NCBI GenBank assembly: GCA_964247055.1
Contig: OZ176056.1
Location: 930,001-994,000, forward strand
DNA: 64,000 nt
Source: Paragordius varius
Taxonomy: Eukaryota; Animalia; Nematomorpha
Direction of reading: 5' to 3'
The number at the start of each line of letters is the position of its first letter. Position 1 is the first letter of the stretch. The notes beneath the pieces are model-generated. The model was not told the origin of the DNA. It did no database searches and saw only the letters and a list, made by a program, of their open reading frames with translations. This document shows positions 52,201-63,665 of the stretch, piece after piece. The position numbers and the translations under genes are program-made.

Positions 52201-55200
52201 GGATATTCCTGTCACGGATTCCAATATAAAAAATTATTTTTAGCTTTCGGTGGTATTAAAATTTTGAACAAAATTGAAAATATTCTATATCCTGATACCA
52301 TCGAAGATTTGGAATGGCCGGAAATCTATAAAATTGCAGTTCAAATCTATGCCCCAGACAAAAGTCTATGGGTGAATAGATGTGCATTTTATCGTATTCG
52401 TCGTGGTGATAATGAATCTATTCTTTCGTATTTAGAACGTTTGATTTTGGCCGACAATTCTGGATTTGATTCGGACATTTCTAACAAAATCAGGGATATA
52501 TTTTTGATTGGATTAAATCAATCCAGATTAGAAAGAGAACTCCACATAAAATATCCGCTCGGTAAGTTAGATGACAAACCACTGACACTACAAATGTTGG
52601 TCGATATGGCTTTAAGTTTTGAGGAAGCCGATAATCTTCCCTCGCAAATCAATAAGCTTAAAGTGGATAGATCCAGAAATGTAAAACCTCATGGAAGTTT
52701 TAACAAGGGCCATTATAACAATAATAATTATAAAAACAAAAAGAATAATGATGTCCGGGATAATAATGATACTAAAGTAAATTGCCGAAATTGTGGATCA
52801 CTGCATGTGAGAAACAGGTGTCCGGCTTGGGGCAAAACGTGCTACAATTGCAACAAAAATAACCACTTTAGTTCAATGTGCAAAACAAAGTTGGTGAGAA
52901 ATTTAGATCAAATTAGATCTATAAAAGCGGGCACTACCCCTAAAATAAAAGTGAAGATCAACAATAATATGATAGATATAATTTTCGATACCGGTGCTGA
53001 CTGCTGTCTCATAAGTCAACAAATATGGAAGCAGATCGGTAGCCCTAAGTTAACGTGGTCCGATCAAATAACCACGTATGATAATAATAAGATAACAATC
53101 TTAGGGAAAACTATGGTCAACTGTGACGTTGTACAATGAAAAGAAAACGTTACCATGTATCGTAACTAAAAGCAATTTTGATCCAATTTTTGGATTACCT
53201 TGGATAAAAGCGTACAAGCTACCTTTTCCAAAAGGTGTAATCAATAATATAAATTCTAATGAGAAGATGGAGCTTACCAAAATATTTCCAAAACTATTCT
53301 CAAAGGAACTTGGTTGTTACAACGGCAATCCGATCAAAAATTTTTTGACACCGGATGTAAAACCAAAAGCTTTTCCATGTCGTAGAGTTCCTCTACCATT
53401 GCAACCATTGGTAGAAAATGAATTGAATAGATTGTTAGATTTGGGGATTATATAACCAATAGACCCGACAACAACTGAGATATCTTGGGCAACCCCAACG
53501 GTCAACGTGTTAAAATCCAATAGGGAGGCTCGTATCTGCGCCGATTTTCGTGTCACAATCAATCCTTATCTATCAAAAGATTCTCATATCATTCCGACAT
53601 TTGATCAATTATTGGGTAAAATCGGAAATGGACATTCATTTTCAGTTTTGGATCTCAAGGATGCCTACTTACAACTACCGGTTGATAAAGAATGCTCTAA
53701 TATTCTGACAATTACAACACACAGAGGTTACTTTACGTATAAACGATTACCTTTCGGGCTCACAAATGCTCCAATGATATTTCAACAAGTTATGGATCAA
53801 ATTCTAAATGATTGCACAGGCGTTTGTGCTTATCTGGATGATGTTCTGGTAACCGGCAATACAGACACTCAACACAAAGCAAATCTTGAGCATGTGTTGG
53901 AGAAACTTGAACAGGCCGGATTCCGTTTGCAACCAGATAAAATGAAATTCTTCCAGGAAAAAGTATCCTACATGGGATACGAAATATCTAAAAGAGGTAT
54001 TAAGCCAACGGATGAAAAAATCAAGGCTATTTTGAAATGTCCTGTTCCAAAGGACAAAACAACATTACGGTCCTTTTTAGGACTATTAAACTTTCATGAA
54101 AAATTTATTCCAAGATTACATTCAGTCATAAGTGATCTGCACACTTTAACTGGAAACAAAATGCCATGGAAATGGGAGAATATTCATGATAAACAATTTG
54201 CACTGTCAAAACAACTAATAGCAAATTTTGTGGAACTGATTCCGTACATTCCGCAATTGCCATTATTGATTGAGACCGATGCTTCAAACAAAGGTTTGGG
54301 TGCCATCCTTTTTCATGTAACCGAAGATGGCAAGCGGCCAATCTCTTTCGCATCCAGGAAATGTTTAAATTCTGAAAAACATTATTCGACGATCGAAAGA
54401 GAGGCCAAGGCGATTTTGTTCGCGGTAAACAAATTTCACCCTTTAATATATGGGAGATCTTTTAAAATATTGACTGATCATAAACCACTGATTAAATTAT
54501 TTGGGGAAGACCGGAACTTAACCGGAGTCACTAATATAAAATTATTACGTTGGATTTATAAAATATCGGGGTATGATTATACCATTCATTTCAATAAAAG
54601 GGTTCAAAATTTAGCTGATCCCCTATCAAGATTAGCAATTGACGATCCTGAAATGGATGATGATCATGCTGTAACTTAAAAAAATCGGTTCTTATCTATG
54701 AACGATTTGAACATTAATAAAAAAAATGTATTAGTTCAGTCCAATAAGGACCCGGTGATAAAAAAATTTAAAATTGCATTAAATTCCAACAATTGGGACG
54801 ATCCAGATCTAAAATATTATCAACCACATCGCAACGCTATCCAAGCATCGTATGGTTTAGTTTATTTGGAGGATAGACTCATTGTTCCTAATCCATGCAA
54901 AATGAAGTCCTAAACTACTTTCACACTGGACACCCAGGGATAAGTACCATGAAGTCCCTTGCGCGCCACAGTGTATATTGGCCAGACTTGGACCAAAGTA
55001 TTGAATTGCTTGCGAAGACATGTGACTCATGTCAAAGATACAAGCCCAATGTCCAGGAAAATCCAACATACAAATGGAATTTCAACACAGCCGTCTGGGA
55101 AAGAATACACATAGATATTGCTGGTCCCATTGATAATTTCTACTGGCTGGTAACAATTGACAGCTCGTCCAGATGGCTGGAAGTTAATTTATTGAAACAA

Positions 55201-58200
55201 GTTACGAGCAGGTCTGTTTTAAGTTGCTTAGAACAATTGTTTGCGAGATATGGTTTTCCTAAAATGATAGTAAGTGATAATGCATCGTATTTTGTTTCGC
55301 ACGATTTTGATGAAAGGCTTAAACACTTAAACATCAAACATGTTACGTCGAGTCCGTATCATCCACGAACGAATGGGTTGGTAGAAAGATCTATTTACAC
55401 ATTGAAAACTAAATATAAAGCTACGAAGAGGGCTGACATCTCTCCGCAAGAAGCAATGAATACCATTTTGTGGAGCTATCGGCAAGCAATTCATAGTGCA
55501 ACGAGAGCAACACCGTGCTCATTATTCCTAAAAAGAGAATTGTTAGGTCCCTTGTCATGGTTAAAGACAATACAATCAGATTTTATGGATAATACTAGAG
55601 CCCCCTTACGAGAATTAGACGTTGATGATGCTATTCTGATTAAAAATGAACAGCAGAGGGGTGGCGGAAAGAAAAAGTAATTGAAAGAACAGGATTATTA
55701 TCTTACAAGACTGATGACGGTAGCAAAATTCAGCGAAAACACGCCGATCAGCTACAGAAGTCTGTTATGTCACAACCCGCCCTTGACATTGTACCAGAGA
55801 TCCCAGTTACGGAAGCTGTGGAGTCGGAGTGTAACTTGACAGAAGTACAAAGCCGTTATCCTCGCCGGGAACGAAAAGCTCCGGATCGTCTTTCTTATTA
55901 AAGGTGCGAGATATGATATGATGTTATATAATATGCAACAAAACATAAATATATTTTATATATTACGTTGCTATTCAATGCATACTTATAATACTTTACT
56001 GTTATTAATATTTTACGTGACATGTTATATACTACGTGACAAGTTTTAGACTATGTGACTGTTTTATAAATGCACAGTCATCATTCTCAGAAATTTGTAT
56101 ATGTTAATGCACGATAAAAATTTATAATAAGATCCGTATACATTTCTCGGAATTAAATATAACCTATATAAACAACAACTTCTTTAAGTCCATTGCATTA
56201 CTGTGTTTTCCCATTATTGTGTTATAATAAATTATACCCAACTGATATTAATAATGGAATGAGAACCAGAGAATTAAATTTCTTTGAAACCGCCTAAAGA
56301 TTTTGCACAAATAAAAATTATTTGAATGTACAAAATCTGCCATCTAATTTGTCATATTATTTTATATATTGCAGGCACATGTTTCCATAGGGATCATGAA
56401 GGTGTCATTGACATTAATATATCATCCAAAGTTCTTCCCGCCCTTCTCATAATATTATCGGCATATTTTTGGTCTCGACACCATACAAACAACAAAGGTT
56501 TACAATTTTTGAAATCGTTTTAAAATCGATAAAAATAATTTTTTTTTAAATTTTTTTTATAACATTATTGAAAGATTATAATTTTAAATGATTACTGATA
56601 AAAGATTATAAAAAAAGTAAAGAATTACGCACGCATTTTTATATACAAATATTATAAAATAAATGGCAAAAACGCGTATAAATGATTCTTTCAAAAATTA
56701 ATAATTAATTTATTTAATAAATATCAATTTTCGGTTATATTAATATTTGTATCACCTTTTTCAGGATTAAAAAAAATTTAAAACGAATCAAAAAAAATAT
56801 AAAATCCTGAAAAAGGTTACACAAAAATAGATTTTTATTAAAAATAAATTAACTATTTTAAAAATCATTCGCGTTTTTGCCATTTATTTTAACGAGAGAA
56901 AAAATTATGTTTTTTAGTATTAAAGGGTCCCTATCCAATAACAATACCGTGGAAGTACCCTCCAACCCAAACTACCATTTGGAACATTCAAAAACGCAAA
57001 ATTTGCCCCACACATTTCTATGTTCATATACCCAAAGATTTATTTAACGTTGCACGCATGCTTAACCATGTAGGCTATCTGCCTAAATCGTATGAGGGCG
57101 GTCGTTTAAACGATATGGAATTGGTTTAGATTATAATAAACCTCAAATATTCTCAACCTAAAAATAAATTGTGTGTGTTTGGGCAGCTAATATAATTCAT
57201 ACGACATAGTTTATTATTTTCAGCATTATATTAATTTTAAACAGAATTTCCCATTTCATAAATATTAAAAATAAAGGTAATTTTTAACGCAGAAAAAACA
57301 TAATTTATTTTAGGGTGAATTTGAGTTTGAGTAGTTTAAGGTATTATTTGAACTGTAAATGGTGTATAATTGTACTCAGAAAATCTTATTAATTGTATAC
57401 TATACATATTACAGTAAAAATTCAAATGATACAAACAAAATGTTAAAAAAAGGCCTATGTTAATAAGATATTTAATTGGTTTTCCTTATGAAAAAATTGT
57501 TCTTTGAAAAATCTTTTTGAACCTTACTACAGTAAAAATTGAAAAAAGTCGGAACATTTTTTTAAACTTATTTTGAAATAAACTCACTGTTGCAGAATGA
57601 ATTAGAGATGTTAATTGGTAACACAATCCACGTATTTATTGTAACAACTGTAATTAAATAGGTTATCTGGGTAAAAAACACGGTTATAAAGTATAGATAC
57701 TGGAAAAAAAATTGACTTTTAATTTTTACGTTTTTTGTTTGTATAATTTCAATTTTTACTGTACATAATAGATTCAAAATTTTTTGGATTACTTCTATAA
57801 TCATTACTATGATTTTGATTTTGAGTATCAGTATGATTGGTCTTTTGTATACAAAGGCGTGCGTAACTTAAGCCAAAGTGAGACAGTTAGATATGCTTGG
57901 AAAAAGGAAGAAAAAATATATGATACCTCACCATGGTATGAATCCAAAGATTCTGCTGCATTCCAAAGGAAGAATTCCCAATTACAATATGTAATTTTGA
58001 AATTTTTCATAATTGTTAATAATTTTGGACCCTAATAAATCAATAATTTTTAAAATAAGGTTTTTTTATGACTAAAAAATTGGATAGATATATTAGCAAT
58101 CTTGTAGATAATGTATCGCCCCTTGAACAAAGCTGGTCATCGAAGCTTAATTTAATTTTATAAATTTCTATATTCTGAAGTTGCAGAAATGCAATATTTC

Positions 58201-58975
58201 AACATATTTTATAAAACTAGCCATGATATAATTTAAACTATATCTAAAATTAGTCGGCATAAAAGGGCAAAAAACATTTTAAGGAAATTATAAAACCATT
58301 AGATAAATGGGTAAAAATAAAAATTTTATTTTGTGCAAATTCGAATCTAAGCGCATAAATAGCACTGCACTTAAAAGATAAGAATGGAACTTACCATCCG
58401 CATAGTAAAATCCGTATTACATTGCTGAAGAGTTATTGATTGTCAAATGGTTAATAAAACAAAGGGCAGTATATTGGCTTATAGTTATCTTTTTAACATT
58501 TTACCATTATTAGCCAATAATACTGCTTTTTGTTGTATTGACTATTTGGCAATAATTAATAACTTTCTAACTTACTCATAATGTAATTATAAATTTAATA
58601 ATTTATCATCACCTACAGAGCTATGGGAACGATTATGAAATGATAAAAGATTTGAATGGCCAAAACTACTTTATCAATAATTCCAAAGAAGGAGAATATT
58701 ATATATCACCAGATGGAAGTACAGAAAGCCAAGATTACGAGGCTGATTATTACGAAGAAGAACAGCCACAAAATCAAATGGAAATCAAAATTCAAGAAAC
58801 GTCTCAAAGCCATACTAAAATCTCCAAACAAATTGAAATTCCAATTGGTGTAAATAGGAATATAAATAATTATACCAGATTACCTCATAAAACTATAAAA
58901 AGTAATGAGAATTCTTCGCCAGAAAGTCCACAAGAGTATGATCAAGATGATGAAGAGGATAGCGAAAATGAATAA
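47940..58975 (+). CDS. Uncharacterised predicted membrane protein, about 546 aa, with two Cys-rich EB-type modules, a SEA-like spacer, a hydrophobic segment and a Tyr-rich, acidic C-terminal region. Exons: 47940-48069 (tentative), 48234-48368, 49003-49182, 49931-50007, 50078-50136, 50842-50996, 56375-56497, 56918-57123, 57772-57990, 58619-58975
   Basis: Two symmetric phase-1 Cys exons (CEHHSECMHHFCRRGFCRCPP..GAC; CKYALQC...SNC...ICLCDKNYESFDGFC) fit the EB-module pattern. Downstream exons join in phase across the LTR element to VLPALLIILSAYFW and on to stop 58973-58975. The first exon and the linkage of the last three exons are inferred from phase only. Confidence 0.62.
48595..48833. mobile_element. 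MITE family B copy, degenerate
   Basis: Core ACAGACAAAATG...AACTCATTGTTTTAAATTGTAAAGTATGAAA...ATAATTTCAATTTTTAC. Confidence 0.6.
49390..49690 (+). mobile_element. Possible decayed non-LTR (LINE) reverse-transcriptase fragment
   Basis: The frame reads IIYFAVN...FLWLKSNKLSSMNADIYLKFG...KLGV, which resembles the LFADD...W...NKL.LN..K...FG...KYLGV tail of LINE RTs. Heavily degenerate. Confidence 0.35.
50289..50566. mobile_element. MITE family A copy
   Basis: TATA|CCATTTACAATTC...TTTGAACTGTAAATGG|CATA. Confidence 0.75.
51600..51673. mobile_element. Possible hAT/Charlie-type MITE right end
   Basis: AAAAAAGGTTTGGAACCATTG followed by GTCTA resembles Charlie-like AAAAGGTTGGGAACCACTG ends. The left end was not found. 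Confidence 0.3.
51719..52036 (+). repeat. 5' LTR (318 bp)
   Basis: TGATATGATG...CTGATATTA. By manual alignment it differs from the 3' LTR by 9 substitutions and a 19-bp indel (about 97% identity). Confidence 0.95.
52039..52048 (+). other. Primer-binding site TGGCGACGAG, complementary to the 3' end of tRNA-Ser(GCU)
   Basis: Lies 2 nt after the 5' LTR. Eukaryotic tRNA-Ser(GCU) ends ...CUCGUCGCCA. Confidence 0.8.
52070..55901 (+). pseudogene. Disrupted gag-pol polyprotein (gag, protease, RT, RNase H, integrase)
   Basis: ATG at 52070. Frameshifts at about 52240, 53130, 54900 and 55670; in-frame TAA stops at 53453 and 54677. Domains appear in gypsy order across ORFs 52147-53139, 53123-53455, 53507-54679, 54698-54913 and 54895-55680. 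Confidence 0.9.
55914..56250 (+). repeat. 3' LTR (337 bp)
   Basis: Direct repeat of 51719-52036 with the extra 19 bp AAGTTTTAGACTATGTGAC; preceded by the purine-rich AAAGGTGCGAGATA. Confidence 0.95.
56656..56890. repeat. Imperfect foldback (inverted repeat) of about 235 bp
   Basis: AAAATAAATGGCAAAAACGCG...CCTTTTTCAGGATT pairs with AATCCTGAAAAAGG...CGCGTTTTTGCCATTTATTTT. Confidence 0.75.
57140..57362. mobile_element. MITE family A copy, partial and in opposite internal orientation
   Basis: Right TIR GAACTGTAAATGG plus the family core. Confidence 0.6.
57530..57761. mobile_element. MITE family B copy directly upstream of exon 57772
   Basis: TA|CAGTAAAAATTGAAA...TTTCAATTTTTACTG|TA; a further left-end fragment lies at about 57412-57510. 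Confidence 0.7.
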
Positions 58976-59082
58976 AAATTGATTAATTATTGTTCACTAT
59001 TTATTTTGAGTAAAAAAGATCGGTCTTTTAATTATAAACAATATACATTGCGTTTCTGAGGCTATATATCTTGTCATCTATA

Positions 59083-59225
59083 TCTATATATTTATAAAAA
59101 TGGAAAATGCTGGCTTTGTGATCTGGTACAGGAAAACCGGTAGACCCAATCAAATCTAAATATCGAAAAAATATAATCATTAATAAATGTCCCGACAATA
59201 GCTTCGCCCTTTTTTTGAAATAGGC
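59083..59225 (+). mobile_element. Second Helitron-family 5' terminus; 3' end not identified
   Basis: A|TCTATATATTTATAAAAATGGAAAATGCTGGCTTTGTGATCTGGTACAGG is near-identical to 59659 onward. Confidence 0.6.
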
Positions 59226-59658
59226 CCCCAGTTCGGGCCCACCCCGTATGAAAAACGGGTTTTTTTGAAAACAGATGTCCACAAAAATCGTGTTTTTGAG
59301 ACAATTTTCCGGAGAACGCGGTGGACCATTCAATTTAAAATATAATTTTTGTTTACTTATTTTCGATTGCGCCGAACATAGTCGAGTCACTTTTTTGATT
59401 TAGGCCCTCTTTTTACCCGCTACCCCCGTAAAATGCCACCTTTTTCAAAAAACAAAGTCCACAAAAATAAATTTTTAAATCGATTTTTCGCCCTAGGTAT
59501 GAGACAGTAAAAATTCAATAAAGATTCCACGTATTCCCTGTTAAAAGGCAAAAATTTTAGTCAAGCGTTTCTTTGATGATAGATGCTGAGTAAGGAGTAT
59601 CTATCATATGTATAGCATGTTAAAAGATATATGGATATTAATACATTATTTATGGTAA

Positions 59659-59818
59659 TCTATATATTTATAAAAATGGAAAATGCTGGCTTTGTGATCT
59701 GGTACAGGAAAAACGGTAGACCCATTCAAATCCAAACTTCGAACCCCCCCCCCCCCCCCCCCCCCCAGAAGTCCGAAGGACTTCCTCGGGCTGCGTAGCA
59801 GCACGAGATTCACGCTAG
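59659..59818 (+). mobile_element. 160-bp non-autonomous Helitron (mini-Helitron)
   Basis: 5' A|TCTATATATTTATAAAAATG; 3' GC-rich hairpin CTCGGGCTGCGTAGCAGCACGAG followed by CTAG|T. Inserted between A and T with no TSD. The 5' end is repeated at 59083 and, inverted, at about 61040-61172. Confidence 0.8.
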
Positions 59819-60473
59819 TATATATATATATATATTCTGATATAAAATGTATCAGGATTTTCATGTTACTTTTGTTTAGTCGAGTGATTTAAGAGCTGTG
59901 TACACCTTTGTAACTGTTCCATAAAAAAATGGCAAAATTTATTCACATTTTCTTAAATGAATTTTTTTGGGGAAAGCTTAATGCTTCTCTAAAAAATAAT
60001 AAAGTATCATCCATTGCATATAAAATAATTTTTAGTTGTAGGTTCCAAAAGTTCCGAATTTCTTATCCTTCTAAAATGGCTAGTTTTCCTAAAGTATACT
60101 CAAAAATCCCAAAATTGCCCCAAATCTTTAATATAGGCAAAATTTCGACTTCAAAACATGTGTTTATCCGAAAAAATAAATGATAATCTCATAAATTTTA
60201 TGACCTGAAAATTTTAATTAAAAGGTTCGTTTGCTTTTAATTTGGGTGGTACAAATTCATCAAATTAATAGAAAATAGAATGTTTATACCGTTTCCCCCA
60301 TTCCAAAATACCCTAAAACTTGATATAAAATCTTTTAACCATATCCATTTTTTACAAATAAATAAAAGATATCAATAAAATGATCCATATATGTGGATTA
60401 TTTCGATACATTATTTAATAGCTATGATCTCATAGGATTTTCAAAACGCTGCATTCATACTAATATATTGTTT

Positions 60474-61172
60474 ACTAGTGTAAAGGCCCCAAATTGACGG
60501 CTAACGGAAAAAACCGCTATAGTATATTTTTTACCTTTTTATGGGTAATATTTAAAGCCTTTATTGAATTCGTATGGCTTCTTAAATTTTTCAATTAGCT
60601 CCAAAGCCAGGCCATTTTTGTATGGTGTCTCAGTTTTACACCGGTAGATCCCTACCCATAAGTCTATATGGAAAAAGCGCTAAGTTAAATTTTTTGCCCT
60701 GATAGGGAAAATATTTGGTATCATCTTGGAGACCATCATCTCATGGGTTATTCGAATACCTCAGCACTAAATAATCGTTATATGATGGTTTATTTTTAGG
60801 GCATAAAGGCCCCAAATTAACGGCTAATAAAAAAAGGCCTGACCTTAATTTTTACCTAATTACGGGTAATATTTCGAACTTTAAATGAGCTCATATGGCA
60901 TAAGTTTTCTTTAAATTTATTCCAAAACAACGTAATTTCTATATAGTTGCGCAGTTTTAGGCTCCCTACCCAGAGGCTGATGTAAAAACGCGCTTGATAA
61001 ATTTTTTTTCCTTTTTACGGAGAATAATTGGAATCATGATTGATTATTAAAAAAAAGGGCGAAGCTATTGTCGGGGCATAATGATTATATTTTTTCGACA
61101 TTTGGATTTAAATGGGTATACCGGTTTTTCGGAAACAAATCACAAAGCCACCACTCTTCATTTTTATAAATA
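60474..61172 (-). mobile_element. Probable reverse-orientation member of the same Helitron family, with an internal degenerate duplication of about 320 bp
   Basis: 61040-61172 is the reverse complement of 59085-59220. ACTAG at 60474 could be the 3' end, but its hairpin is weak. The AAGGCCCCAAATT.ACGGCTAA units at about 60484 and 60806 are diverged duplicates. Confidence 0.45.
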
Positions 61173-61174
61173 TA

Positions 61175-62105
61175 CACAGTGTGCAAAAAAAGGGTCATTT
61201 TGATTTAACGAAAAAATTTTTTTTTCATGAGATAGCTTATGACCAGCGTATTCATTTGCCGCAAATATTTTTATTTGTTGACAACCTAGTTTTTGAAATA
61301 TTGAGAGAAAATCGAAATCGGGCAAAAACTGAAAATTAAGGATAATTCAAAAAATAATGATAAAATTTGAAATATTATCGTTTATTATCATTTTATATTT
61401 TCAATATATAAATAGCCTAAAATCATATAGTTAAGGTTTTCATGAAATTTCAGGTCAAAAGATGGCGTTTTTCTTTTATCACACTTAAAAGACAAAAAAG
61501 TTTAATGAAACTATATCAAAATAATTTTTTTTAATTATTTACTACCTAAACTCACTACTAAAATCTTAACATTCACATTTTATTCGGGAAAATAAACTTC
61601 TATATCAAAATAAAACCAAAAATATTGTTTTTTATTTTTGCATTTTTTGTCATCTGGTTTATGAGTGTATAAAAAATTTATATTTTGGATTTTTAAGAGT
61701 GGGAATTATTAAGTATATAATTTATGCAATAGATTGAAAATTAGTGGAATATCAACAAACAATCCGTACAAATCCCAATACAAATTAATTTGTCATAAAA
61801 CAGACTTGTTACAGGAAATTGTAAGCATTGAACCCTAACTATATGATTTTAGTCTAGGCTATTTATATATTAAAAATATAAAATGATAATAAACGATAAT
61901 ATTTCAAATTTTATCACTATTTTTTGAATTATCCATAATTATCCTTTATTTTCACTTTTTGCCCGATTTCGATTTTCTCTCAATATTTCAAAAACTAGGT
62001 TGTCAACAAATAAAATTTTTTGCGGCAAATAAATACGCTGGTCATAAGCTATCTCATAAAAAAATTTTTCATTAAATCAAAACGACCCTTTTTTTGCACA
62101 CAGTG
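61175..62105. mobile_element. Non-autonomous Tc1/mariner-type element with long TIRs of about 260 bp and a TA TSD
   Basis: TA|CACAGTGTGCAAAAAAAGGGTC...GACCCTTTTTTTGCACACAGTG|TA. Arms 61175 to about 61440 and about 61830 to 62105 are reverse complements. No transposase ORF. Confidence 0.85.
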
Positions 62106-63009
62106 TATATATATAAATTAACTGCAATCGTTGAAATATATTTTCCCTATCGGCGACTAATCTTAATAATTTGCACCTGAGATCATTATTAACCTTCGAT
62201 TTGTTTCTACTTAAATATTTTAATTGATTCTCCAATTTTTCTCGCCCCCTTTACATTTTACGCCCTTTTCGGAATCACTGCTCTAAGAGAACTAGCCTAT
62301 TTTAAAAGAAACAAGGGAATTTGGGAACCCACATATACTTGTTATAATATTGTCTTTTAAATGCAGTTTATGATAATATTTTGAAATAAAGTATTAGGAT
62401 TTTACCAAAAAATTTTAATTTAACAAAGCGCATAATTGGCCATCTTCTGATATGAAACAGTTATCACAAAGTACAAATAACTTTCTTATAGCAATCGTAA
62501 CGGCCTAAAACCAAAATAATAATTTATATGCATTCTATCAGTATATATATATATATATCATCCAGATATTTTTTGTGTAAACTGTGTATATTCAACGATT
62601 GAATATTTTTAAATGAAATGGTTACAGAAATAATTGCCTAAAAATGGACCTGTTAAGATGGATTATCTTATTTTATGTTGTATTCTTAAGTAAAAATGGC
62701 GGAGAAAAAATTGGAGATGAAGATTTTTTACAATTCAACATTTTTTTGCATCATGCACCTAAGGCTAAAGAAAGCATATTTATTGAAATATTTAATTTTT
62801 AAATGCCCTAAGCAATAAAACTACCCCAAAAGGTCATCAAGTAGATTATAAGGTGGAGGAACAAAGTTGACAGTCTGTATATAATATATATACTTATATT
62901 AAACCGATAATGCAAAAGATGTTGAATCGATTTAGCTAGGTTAGACGCCTAGAAAAAAGGAAATGTTAATTTCGTAAAAAGCGATAAATAGATACGGTTA
63001 AATGAAACA

Positions 63010-63140
63010 TGTCAAAACACTTAAAATTCGAAGATGGCATAGACAGAGTTCCATGGAAAGATTTACATATGCCGTTCGAAAGAGTGATGTCATATTTATA
63101 TTACCACCCTGTTATGAAATCGGTAGAATCCATTTTTTAA
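63010..63140 (+). mobile_element. Possible LINE RT remnant
   Basis: HLKFEDGIDRVPWKDL resembles the LDFEKAFDRVPW..L RT motif; short and isolated. Confidence 0.25.
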
Positions 63141-63665
63141 TATATCTAATCCAAAAAAATTAAGTATTAGATAAAATTAAACATTTTGTTTTCACCAAAC
63201 AATTATATAATTGGTTGTCTGCCATATGTAAAATCCAACAGATCAATATGAATTTTCATATTTCATGATGGATGAATAAATAATCATTTAACAATAATAT
63301 TAAATTATAAAAATGGATGTATAATTCCTATTATTACAAAGGGAAAAATTCAGCAGACACTCTCAAATAAAAAAATTTGTAAGACATGTATGTAAAATAA
63401 TTTTTGTAGCAAAATGCATATTCACATGATATATGGTATTGATGATAAAATAACATATAAATTTATATATAAAAATTTTGGTAGCATAATTTCACGAATA
63501 AACATTGTATTTTGACGTAATGCTGATTATTTTTTACCTAAATATTTAATGCCTGTGTCCATAAAAAGGAATAACGTAAACCTATGTTAAAAATGTTGAT
63601 TAAAAAAGTTACAAAATAAAATCACAACAAGGAGAGAGACTTCCTGCTCTTTATTAATATGTAGT

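Larger units (their letters stand above)
51719..56250 (+). mobile_element. Ty3/gypsy LTR retrotransposon, Mag-like, full length but decayed, inside intron 50997-56374 of the EB-module gene in sense orientation
   Basis: Two direct LTRs, a PBS, a purine-rich tract (55900-55913), gag with two zinc knuckles (CRNCGSLHVRNRC, CYNCNKNNHFSSMC), protease DTGA, RT YLDD, RNase H, integrase HHCC and DDE, and the C-terminal RYPRRERKAPDRLSY. Imperfect 5-bp TSD ATAAG/ATAAT. Confidence 0.96.

Noticed and set aside
53317-55337. Antisense ORFs within pol (53317-53562, 54126-54353, 54857-55069, 55140-55337)
   Set aside because: Short shadows of the more GC-rich pol sequence with no recognisable motifs.
52147-55680. 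Programmed ribosomal frameshifting or readthrough in the retrotransposon
   Set aside because: Four frameshifts and two stops fall inside gag, after protease, and in RT and integrase, not at one gag/pol junction. This is consistent with decay at about 3% LTR divergence.
59028-61339. ORFs at 59028-59390, 59092-59304, 59646-59864, 59929-60183 and 61112-61339
   Set aside because: They lie in non-autonomous transposon DNA, including the poly-C giving poly-Gly, and show no Rep/helicase or transposase motifs.
62644-62805. 52-aa signal-peptide-like ORF (MDLLRWIILFYVVFLSK...)
   Set aside because: Short, with no dibasic or amidation pattern and no supported splice continuation. The evidence is insufficient.
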